DNA of 59,424 nt from NCBI GenBank assembly GCA_018398765.1, contig JAHBMJ010000022.1:1-59424 (forward strand). Direction: 5' to 3'. The notes under the pieces were generated by a model. It was not told the origin of the DNA. It saw only the letters and a program-made list of their open reading frames with translations, and searched no databases. Shown piece by piece: positions 24,073-34,873 of this stretch. Numbering within the stretch: the first letter of the stretch is position 1; each line of letters begins with the position of its first letter. The translations under genes were made by a program, and so were the position numbers. The stretch is from Chromera velia. Taxonomy: Eukaryota.

Positions 24073-24407
24073 AATAAAGAAAGAAACACGCTGATCAACT
24101 GAGTAACTGAGTGCTTGGAGGACTCAGTCAAGACGCTGACGGGAGGAGATGCGAAGAATGCATGGCTTTAGGGTAACTGCATCCATGCAGTTATCGGGGG
24201 ATCAGTGCACGTCTTGGATCCTATTGTGAGAGCAATTCCACCATCATGTGTACAACGATTCATCTCAGAGAGCATGAGGCCATGTGAAGGGAAGAGTTTT
24301 TTACCTGGATGAAAAGCACAGGCCATGGGAGAGTTGTCCTTAGCCGAAAAGTACTTCCGACACTGTCGGCAGAGAAGCTCCTGCTCAGATGACCTCCCTG
24401 GTGGCAT
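22324..24407 (-). CDS. Small CHORD-like Cys/His zinc-finger protein, 85 aa; complement(join(22324..22379,23272..23370,24305..24407))
   Basis: Three exons joined by canonical phase-1 GT-AG introns give MPPG...LCRQCRKYFSAKDNSPMACAFHPGPFACETKQRFQDPGDSKDGGGLHLHWWCCSETAADAPGCERSRHLTYDDD*, which has a CxxC...CxxHPG...WxCC...PGC...H ligand pattern. The start is uncertain. Confidence 0.8.
23615..24085. repeat. ~470-bp (GAAA)n/(GGAA)n polypurine microsatellite in intron 1 of the CHORD-like gene
   Basis: Visible simple repeat. Confidence 0.97.
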
Positions 24408-24754
24408 CTTTCCGGGGGCTTCAGTCCTGATCCTTGCCTACACGCGTCTGTCTCCTGACCTGCAGTGGTACAGTTCCTTTGCTCTGCACCCGTCTATCCT
24501 TCTTCTTCTTCTGCCGTCTCTGAATTATGCCGTCTCCTCGATCCGTCTCCTCTGATATCTGACCAATAGGTTTGTCTCTTTCGGTCGCTTGCAAGGAGCG
24601 TTTCCGTGGATGCCTCCAGCCTCTCTTGACATGCGTGACTTTTCAAGCAAAGAACAAAGCCCTATGTAAGTATGCATACACATATCTGTCAGTCAGTTTC
24701 AGGACGATTCAGCAGCTCGTCTAGCTGACAGTCCGACGATGAAGGCCGACGCGT

Positions 24755-24840
24755 CCCATGATCGACGAGTCATGCACTCGTGCATGCACATGCATGGGTC
24801 CCGCGGCCCGGGGGCAGCCGCGCGTGCGCGCGCGGGTTGG
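24755..24840. promoter_or_regulatory. Putative bidirectional promoter (TGCATG cluster plus GC/CG-rich core)
   Basis: catgcactcgtgcatgcacatgcatgggtcccgcggcccgggggcagccgcgcgtgcgcgcgcggg lies between the divergent CHORD-like and receptor genes. It has the same architecture as 10630-10836. Confidence 0.45.
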
Positions 24841-25380
24841 AATTAAGAATTTAAGGATCAGTAAGCTTACTCAGTAACTGGCTTGAATCCACAGAGGCTG
24901 CCTGAATTGCCTGACCTTCACATGAGTTCCGACTTGTGTGACAACAAGGACCGACTCGATCAGCAAAGAAATATGCAAGCAAACGTTTGACTGACTGCAC
25001 GCCTGCAATACTACTACCGTGAAAGTACAGCAGAAACGTATTTGTGCATGTACACAGATGGCCTTGTCAATTGTCGGCATGACAAAATCCATCCGTCCGT
25101 CCGAGCCAAGGCACAGCCTGCATGCCTGTGCAATGTTGGAAGGCCTTGCAGACGGTGGACCGGTGTGAGCTCTAAAAAGATTGTCTGGACGTTGCTGCGT
25201 CTCTGGACGCGTTTTTCAAAAACTCGGTCTTCAACGTACATCGAAAGGTCTATCTACGCCGTAGAAAACGCAAGTCGTGTGCGTGACCATAGAAAGAGTT
25301 GAAAGACGACGCAGGGCGCAGCTATCCAAACTTGACTGCTGTGTGTGGACGCTCATCACATGTTCAAGGGGAAAGGAAAG

Positions 25381-25715
25381 ATGCCAACTGAACGCTTCAA
25401 GAGTATCTCGGTGACTGTCACCGCGCTCTTTCTTTCCTTCGTGAGAACTTCAAGCCAACTTCCAGGTGAGGAGACGCAACTGACCAAGCAAACAGATCCA
25501 CGCATGCAGTGACATGTACACAGGGGCAGTGGAATGAGAGTATCCGATGCAATTTCGCCTCTTTACAGAACAAAATGCACAGGTCTAGCTTATTGCTGCT
25601 TGAAGAAGAAGCGCACGTCGTCTGGGCAGATGGGACGACTGTTCAGTCTGGGGGATGTTTACATCCGTCTGCCTGTCCTCACAAAAGACATGCATGTCGG
25701 TAGATGGTCACAAAT

Positions 25716-25767
<52 letters not shown>

Positions 25768-28700
25768 TTCTGCCTTTCTTTCTCTGATTGTCTTTGCATG
25801 AGTCTGCAGACTACAACGAATGCAGCGCTGTGATCATCAGAGATGAGTTTACTTCACTGGGAGGCAGATGGTCGGTCGGCGTGGTATTCTGTTTTCTCAT
25901 GTTTGATGATTTTCTCTACAAGACTGTATCTCTCCTTCCTGATTGCCATCCATGCTTTAATTATCTTCTCGCATGGAGCGGAACGGATATGGAGAACAGT
26001 GACTGCATGACTCCGTCTCTTTTGTGGTTGGGGATTCCTCACCTCTGCATGGGTGCATTTTTTGTCTGCATGGGGCATCATTTCCATTGTATCTTGCTTG
26101 GAGATGGTGCCATGGTGAGAAAAAGGAAAAAGGGAATATCGTGATCAATCCATGCCCCTTTCCTTCCTCCCTTCCTTTCTCTCTTTCTACCTACGTTCCT
26201 CTCTTCCCCCCTTCCTTCCTTCCTCTCTTTCTACCTACCTTCCTTCCTTCCTTCCTTCCTTCCTTCCTCCCTTCCTTCCTTCCTTCCTTCCTTCCTTCCT
26301 TCCTTCCTTCCTTCCTCCCTTCCTTCCTTCCTTCCTTCCTTCCTCCCTTCCTTCCTTCCTTCCTTCCTTCCTTCCTTCCTTCGTTCCTTCGTTCCTTCCA
26401 CCGAGATGACATGCAGGTCGAAAGATGAACCAGACCCCTCAAAGTCCGAAATCTCCATTAGCTCGGGCGAGCTCGATTTCATTGTCAATACAGGGGTGGA
26501 CATGTGGGTGAGTGGGAGGAACGATGTGCCGATTCTATGGATAGACGCGCCGACCGGGGAGTACTGGGCAAGGACGAGCGTCACTCTGCAAAGCTCGGCC
26601 AGTTACCGCATTGCGGGTCTCACAGTTTTCGATACAGACGGCGCCCTGGTGGACTTCCACCACTCTGCTCATTATTGGAGTTCCAGTGCCGATGGCGCGT
26701 GTTTCCAGCCGATAGGCTCTTCTCAAGTCTGCAACACCGTGAACCTCGCATCGAACTCGGCTCTGACAATAGAGATGCACAGTCTGGGCACAGGAGTGTT
26801 TAACTTCTACGTATGGACTGATTCTTCCACCAGAGTGACGGTGAAAAGCAGCTACAACAACGGAGCGACCAGGTCCAGGATCGGACTGATCCTAAAGACC
26901 AACGGGGCGGCATCTGCTAAGTATGACTGGTTCGAATTGGAACTTCCTGCAGGTACCTGCCTGCCTGTGTGGGTCTGCTGCGGAGATCGTCCAGCAGCTG
27001 ATTATCCTTTTTTTGTTTTGATTCCAGCTGTCGTCTGTCTACCCTGGGGGTGTGCGGTGGGAGTTCAGTGCGCAGGCGGGTCTCACAGAACTGATGGGCA
27101 TTGTAGAAAAACAAAAGAAAGGAAAAGAGACAGGAAAGCTTCCTCTGTTTTTGGTTTTCGTGGTCGGCCCGCTCAATCATGTGTTTGCTGAAATCGACGT
27201 CTGAAGCGAAGCGCGAGTTTTTTTTTAGATATAGCCCCTATACTTCCGTTTCCCTTTCTGTCCTGTCTGTTCTCTTTGATCGAGTGCGTATGTCTGTCGT
27301 TTCCCTTTCTGTCCTGTCTGTTCTCTTTGATCGAGTGCGCATGTCTGTCGTTTCCCTTTCTGTCCTGTCTGTTCTCTTTGATCGAGTGCGCATGTCTGTC
27401 GTTTCCCTTTCTGTCCTGTCTGTTCTCTTTGATCGAGTGCGCATGTCTTTCGTTTCCCTTTCTTTCCTGTCTGTTCTCTTTGATCGACTGCGCACTTCTG
27501 TCGCGCTCTCGAGGGGGCTGCTGGGCATTGAGTGACTGTGTTCAAAATTACTCATCGCATTGTTTGTTTTTTTGTGCGGGACTTTGGATCGTCGTCATAC
27601 GTACTTGGGTCTTCTTAGTAGTGAGAGGCAGTAAATGACTGACTGACTGACTGACTGACTGACTGACTGACTGACTGACAATATGTGTGTGTTTGCGCCG
27701 ACCTGTGCTGTGCTAGTGTTTCTGTGCCTGCGGACTCGCCAGAAGAGCAGATCGATCTTGGGGGGAGCAGCGAAAGTGTGCTTGCTCCTTGTCCAGGCTG
27801 AGACTGAATTGACTGACGACACTTTTCTTTCTGCTTCATGCATGCAGCGACCCACAACTGTCACACCGACGCCACTTGCACCGACACGGTGGGCAGCTTC
27901 ACCTGTGCCTGTAACTCTGGCTTCTCAGGGGATGGCGTGAGCAGCTGTTCCCCAGGTACGTGCATGGGTCTGTCTTTTCGGTCTTTTTTCTTTCTGCCTT
28001 TGTGATTGTTGTTTTGCTTTGGCTTTCCGTCTGCTGGTTTTGCTCGGTGTTCATGTATCGAAAGGTTTTGGGTCGAGCGGTGCTTCTGTTGTTTCTTTCT
28101 TTCGTTCTTTTTCTTGTCTGAATATACATTTGTGTTGGTGTTCGCAGCCACATGCGACGAAGTGAACGACTCTCAACCCAACACTCTCGGGACACAAGTT
28201 GTGAGATCCGATAGCGGACAGACGGGAAGTACAGGCGACACCGTCACTTTCACCTACACATGTGCCTCCGGGTATTCTCTCGATAGTGCTGCGGCCGTCT
28301 CCTTCTCTTGCACTGGAGATGCAGCAGGGGGGTCTACGTGGAAGGGCACACCTCCGACGTGCTCAGGTGAGGCACATGGTGCTCCCTCCACACACACACA
28401 CACCACACGCATGCATGCACACTGAGACGGCACAGGCGAGAGAGAAAGTGAATCAGAGGAGGATCAAACTGCAATGCGACTCAGAGTAATGTGAAAAACC
28501 AGGCCGAAGCAGGAATCCTCTTCCTTCCGCCTTCTTCCTCGTGTTTCAGTACTCACACTGTGTGTTGTTGCGCGCCCTCATAGTCTGTTTGCACGTCTTC
28601 CTTTCATCTCAGCACTCTTGCCAAAGATTGCATGCAGTGCTGCAGGGAGCATGCGTCTATTCAAGTCCCTTTGAGTCCAACAACAGTAACTATGATAACA

Positions 28701-30060
28701 CATGCGTGGGCGTCGCAAACAGACAAAAACAAAAAACGCCCATTTGCTCCGATTTCCCGCAGCCGTCTCATGCGACGAGGTCAACGACTCGTCCCCAAAC
28801 ACCCTGAGTGCGGAAGTGACCAGAACAGACTCCGGACAGACAGGCACGACGACACAGACTGCAGTATTCACATACAGCTGCAACAACGGGTACCAACTTG
28901 TCGGTTCAGGCACGCCCACCTTCACCTGCACAGGGACGGCCTACGCCTCCTCTGTCTGGCAGGGCGGCACGGTGCCCACCTGCACAGGTGCGATGCATTC
29001 AAATGTGTTCTGTGAGTAGAGATGCTCTGAGCAAAAACATCTTTTCCCAAGGAATGAAAACACCACTTCCATGTCACTCTTTTGATCTGGAGATGGTAGA
29101 GAAAAGAGAAAAAGGAAACCTTGCAACAAAGCTGCAGATCGAGCCGAAGGGTTCTCTTCTCTCTTTAGAATATGCCTGCCTGTCTTCTTGGGCACACAAT
29201 GCAGCCGTGTCGTGCGACGAGACCACCGACAGCCAGCCCAACACACTAACCGCTCAAGTCATCCGCACTGACTCCGGACAGGCAGGCATAACCACACAGA
29301 CCGCCACTTTCACCTACAGCTGCAACAACGGGTACCAACTTGTCGGTTCAGGCACGCCCATCTTCACCTGCACAGGCACTGCATACCAAACCTCCGAGTG
29401 GCAAGGGACAGTACCGACATGCACAGTTAAGATACGCCACCTTTTCTTCTGGAGCGTGACCACAAGATTGAAGATCGTTGAAAAACGATGAGAAAAAATG
29501 CGCATTTGACTCTTCGCCAAGAAAGAAACACAGTCGTATGTCTTCGTGGGTTTCTGGCTGCCGACAGAATGAAGGAAGCATCAATTAACTTAGCTTTCTT
29601 CCCCTCCGGCCCCTGCCCAGGTGTCTGACTGGTCGGTCGACTTAATTCTTTTCTTTGTCCATCAGGGATGCACCTCCGTGTCGAAAAACTCACTCACTCA
29701 GTCTCTAACTGACCTCACGCAGCTGTGTCTTGCGACGAAGTGAACGACGGGCAACCCAATACCCGCTCTAACTCCGGACAGTCCGGCACAACCACAGACA
29801 CAGCCACCTTCACGTACAGTTGCAACAACGGGTACCAGCTTGTCGGATCCGCAACGACAACCTTCACCTACACCGCCACCGGATACGGCAGCTCGACTTG
29901 GCAGGGAGGCGCCGTGGCTTCTTGCACAGGTGAGTATCCTTCTAGCTTGCAAACGGCCTTTCAGTTTTTCTCTGTCTGTCGTGGCAGGGAGGCACGCTGC
30001 CTTCTTGCACAGGTAGGTAGCTCTCCTTTGAAGAGACTGCCTAGCCTTGTCGATTGAATC

Positions 30061-30093
<33 letters not shown>

Positions 30094-33000
30094 GTCTGTG
30101 TGTGTGTATGTGTGTGTGTGTACGATCCTCTGTTGGCTTTTCTGGATCAGCTCCCTCCTTGGGGAATTCAAGTTGCTTTCAGCAATATGAAGGAGCTCAG
30201 AAGGTCTTTCAATGGACTGACGACAGAATACGAGAAGACTCAAGACGTCCTTCGTTCGACTGTTCTTCTGCTTCAGAAAGCAGGAACCTTGCTGTGTTCT
30301 GTCTGCAGCTGTGTCATGTGACGAGGTCAACGACTCGCCCCCAAACACAATAACAGCCCAAGTGATCAGAACAGATTCCGGACAGGCAGGCACAACCACT
30401 CAGACCGCCACCTTCACCTACAGCTGCAACAACGGGTACCAACTTGTCGGTTCAGGCACTCCCACCTTCACCTGCACAGGGACTGCATACCAGACCTCTG
30501 AGTGGCAAGGGGGCACAGTGCCGATGTGCACGGGTGAGTCCAAAACGAAAAGTGACACTCGGGCTTTCATGCTATTTATTGTCCATTAGCAGCCTCAGAT
30601 TTGTTGGCACACGCTCAGATTTGTTGGCACACGCATGGCATACGCTCAGATTTGTTGGCACACGCAAGCGGCAGCTCAGAGTCAAAAGCGCTCTCCACTT
30701 TCCCTCTCAGAAATGGCTTTGCATGGACTCCAGAAAACCGGCAGTCGCTTGTGCTCCAGCATCCCGATTGTGCAATGCGAAAAAGGCTCCGGCCGCTTCT
30801 CTCTTCTGCAGCCGTCTCGTGTGACGAGGTCAACGACTCGTCCCCAAACACCCTGAGTGCGCAAGTGACCAGAACAGACTCCGGACAGACAGGCACGATG
30901 ACACAGACTGCAGTATTCACATACAGCTGCAACAACGGGTACCAACTTGTCGGTTCAGGCACGCCCACCTTCACCTGCACAGGGACGGCCTACGCCTCCT
31001 CTGAGTGGCAGGGCGGCACGGTGCCCACCTGCACAGGTGAGCAGCTTCGTCAACCGATGCTCGTCCATTTACGTCCATCAGATCCTTTCTACTGCGACAG
31101 TTAAGGCTTCACACGCTGGGACAATTTCGCCTTCTCGTTTTTGCCTTTAACAGTTCCCTCCCACACCATCACGGGAATTTTTTTAATTCGGAGGAAAAGC
31201 CGCATGCACGGATGGCCGATTATCGATTCAGATACTCATTTGCTCGCTTGCTCGCTCGCTGTGTCTGTTTTGGGGGATTGGAGGGGAGATGAGGCCTTGC
31301 TAAGGGTGAAGTGCAAAACTGGTACACGGAATACTGCATGGTCGGTTCTCAGCCAGTTAATTGTCAGAGTCTGAGACAACTCCAAAGGGGAGTGAGGCGA
31401 TCTGTTCATATTTCCATGAACGCTGCAGCCGTCTCATGCGACGAGACCACAGACAGTCAGCCCAACCCCCTGAGTGCCCAGGTGATCCGCACTGACTCCG
31501 GACAGTCTGGAACAACCACTCAGACCGCCACCTTCACCTACAGCTGCAACAACGGGTACCAACTTGTCGGTTCAGGCACGCCCACCTTCACCTGCACAGG
31601 GACGGCCTACGCCTCCTCTGAGTGGCAGGGCGGAACGGTGCCCACCTGCACAGGTGAGCTGCATTTGGTCTTTTCATCTCTTGTCTCTTTCGACACGCTC
31701 CGTTTTTGCTGTGATGAATGCCGCGCGGCATGACTACTGCAAATAAGGGACCCCGCACATTCCCTTTCGTTTTTTCCTATCTTCGGGTCTCAGAATCCGC
31801 ACCGTCTCTCTCTTTGCCACCGAGAGGACATCACGCTTTCCCGCCCTGTGCCGCACTTATTCTACAGGACCCGAGCCTGTAATGTAAACACCGAAAGCGA
31901 CAGCAACAGCAACAATCGTTCTTTTTGGCCACCGCATTGTTGCAGCTGTGTCCTGTGACGAGACCACCGACACGCAACCGAACACCCTCACCGCTCAAGT
32001 CATCCGGACTGACTCTGGACAGTCAGGCACAACCACTCAGACCGCCACCTTCACTTACAGCTGCAACAACGGGTACCAACTTGTCGGTTCAGGCACGCCC
32101 ATCTTCACCTGCACAGGGACTGCATACCAGACATCTGAGTGGCAAGGGACAGTACCGACGTGCACAGGTCCGTCACCACAACGTTTCTTTAATTCTTTCT
32201 TTTCTTTGTCGGAGCCGTACATAGGGCTGGCTGGTCGATTCACTGAAATTTCTTTCTCACATTTTATACTGCTCTTTCTTTTGTGCTGCGTCGTTCCTTC
32301 TGCTTTTCTTTCCTCTTCTTCAAACCAAAAGAAGAAGAAACGCCGGGCTGGCGAGACCAGATGGTCTGTTGACCGTCAGTCATGTTTTCTTCCCGTCTCT
32401 TCCTTCCTTCTGCTCCCTCCCGTGGCTGGCCGAGACGTCTCTTCCATCCATCTGTGCAGCCGTCTCATGCGACGAGACGACCGACACGCAGCCCAACACC
32501 CTGAGTGCCGAAGTGATCAGAACAGACTCCGGACAGTCTGGAACGACCACTCAGACTGCAATGTTCACCTACAGCTGCAAGAACGGGTACCAGCTTGTCG
32601 GTTCCGGCACTCCCACCTTCACCTGCACAGGGACTGCATACCAGACCTCTGAGTGGCAGGGTGGCACCGTACCCACTTGCACAGGTGAGTCCGAGCAACA
32701 TGCATGCCCTTTGAAAGGATACAAACGAATCCATTGCTGGACGCCTTGACCCATTCTGTACGTCAGTGCATGGATAACAAGAGAGATGGATATAGAGTCA
32801 GTTCACATACACGAAACTCAAAATAAAAATCAATCAGCCTTCCTTCCTTCCTTATGATGTTGTCGTCCGTCCCTTTCAGCAAATTGTGTGTTCTAGTGTC
32901 CGAGAAATATATTGTGCCATGGATGCACTCTGTTTTCACTTCGGTTCTTTGACACCCGTCCTCTCTCTGGAACCCCCTGCTTTTGTTTCTATGCATTCAT

Positions 33001-34837
33001 GGCTGAACTCTCTGAATGCTTCCTTCCTTCCTTCCTTTCTTCCTGCTAATTTGGGGTCCCCGCAGCCGTCCCGTGTGACGAAACCAGCGACCCGCAGCCG
33101 AACACCCCGGGGGCCAACGCCGTGCGGTCGGATGGCGGTGGACAGAGTAGGTCGACGACTGACACCGGCGTGTTCAACTACACCTGCAACACGGGGTTTG
33201 TCTTCAGTGGGAGCTCTGAGGCTCTGTTCACCTGCACAGGGGACGCCCTCGGGACTTCCTCGTGGAAGGGGACGCCTCCAGACTGCTTCAGTCAGTCAGT
33301 CAAGCAGTCAGTGAGTCAGTCAGTCAGTCAGTCAGTCAGTCAGTCAGTCAGTCAAGCAGTCAGTCAAGCAGTCAGTCAAGCAGTCAGTCAAGCAGTCAGT
33401 CAAGCAGTCAGTCAAGCAGTCAGTCAGTCAGTCAGTCAGTCAGTCAGACAGTCGGTCAGTCAGTCAGTTAGTCAGTCAGTCAGTCAGTCAGTCAGTCAGT
33501 CATGCAAGCGGTTTAATTGTCAATTATGCAGACAGGCAGGGAGGCGGGCAAGTGCGTTTGTATGTGAGAATATTATTGATCTCTCTCGCCCCGTCTCAAT
33601 CTATTTGTGTGCAGACTTTAATGAGTGCAGTAACCAGACGCACAACTGCGTGCCCGACTTCGCGACGTGCACGGACACAGAGGGGTCATTCGAGTGTTCG
33701 TGCAACGAGGGGTTTCAGGGAGACGGGGTTCAAGAGTGCGCGTGTGAGTCAGTCAGTCAGTCGTTTATCTTGTTGCATGTTTTTCCTTTTCTTTCTCTGC
33801 GCATTTAAGTGGTGTCCGTGTTCATTGAATGCCCCTTTAGCCGTTGTGTCCTTGCACCCTGGCAGCACATGGGCAGTGGGCCGGGCAGGAGAGCTCGCAT
33901 GGGAGTCGAAGTGCTCAATTTAGTTTCATACAGAATTCTTTTTCTTTTTCAGGGAGAATTCTGTATGAAAGTAAAGGATATCCTGTTATTCTGTATGAAA
34001 GTAAATGCATGGGCCGGGCAGGAGAGCTCGCATGGGAGTCGAAGTGCCCAAAGGATGATGGCAAGGTCCCATGCCGAAGTTGAAGAAAACTTTTTGATTA
34101 TTGTTCTTCTTGTTGACGTGGTCCGTCATTCTTCCTTCGAATGTATCCTCCTGCTTGTTAATGAGTTTCTGAACAATCAAGGGGACATGCGGTCGCATGC
34201 AATCATGTGCATGCCGGCCGCTAGATAGCAATCATGGCGGACAACTCAGCTCTCGGCTTCATTTTCGTTCGCGCACGTCCGCTTCATTCCGCGTTTCTCC
34301 TGATTTGTATTGCTGTTCTTCTTGTGTGCTTATGTGCAGTTACTTCGGGACCTGTGGTGAGTTTTTCTTTCGTTTTTTAAATTAAGTCTTTTTGATATTC
34401 AGATGACTAGGGTATGTATGAGAGTCCTTTGTAGTTTTTTTAGAGAGACATTCAGAGTGCAGGTCTTCTGAACTGATCGAGCATTCGACTGCATGGCAAG
34501 TGGGTGGGTGGGAGGAATATCAATCAAGGCTTCTTTACTGTTTATCAAGGATGACTGGCGAAGTCTTCTTGTTTGCCTGGTCGTGTATGTGACTTCTTTC
34601 ACCGATAGTCAATATTTCCCGTGCAGATCAGCTAACATTAAGTCCTTCTTTTCTGTCCAAGGGGATGCATTTGTATTTCTTTGTGCAGGTGAGGGTTATT
34701 TGTGAACCTGACGGCAGCACTCCAGCCGCAGAGGTGACGAGCAACTACGACACCGAGATGGCAGTCATTCAACAATGGCAAGCAGAAAACACAGGGGTGC
34801 CTGGGACTGCGGACTTGGTCGGTTTGCTCTCTTTCCT

Positions 34838-34873
<36 letters not shown>

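Noticed and set aside
23277..24131. Long KERK / FFLS ORFs
   Set aside because: Artefacts of the (GAAA)n tract, which has no stop codons.
24407..24632. Stop-codon reassignment (in-frame TAA and TAG upstream of the CHORD-like start)
   Set aside because: Other genes in the window terminate at TAA, TAG or TGA, and long ORFs contain no internal stops. A 5' UTR or decay is the simpler explanation.
27179..27638. Repetitive ORFs on both strands
   Set aside because: They arise from the 51-bp intronic minisatellite. The flanking exons join in phase without it.
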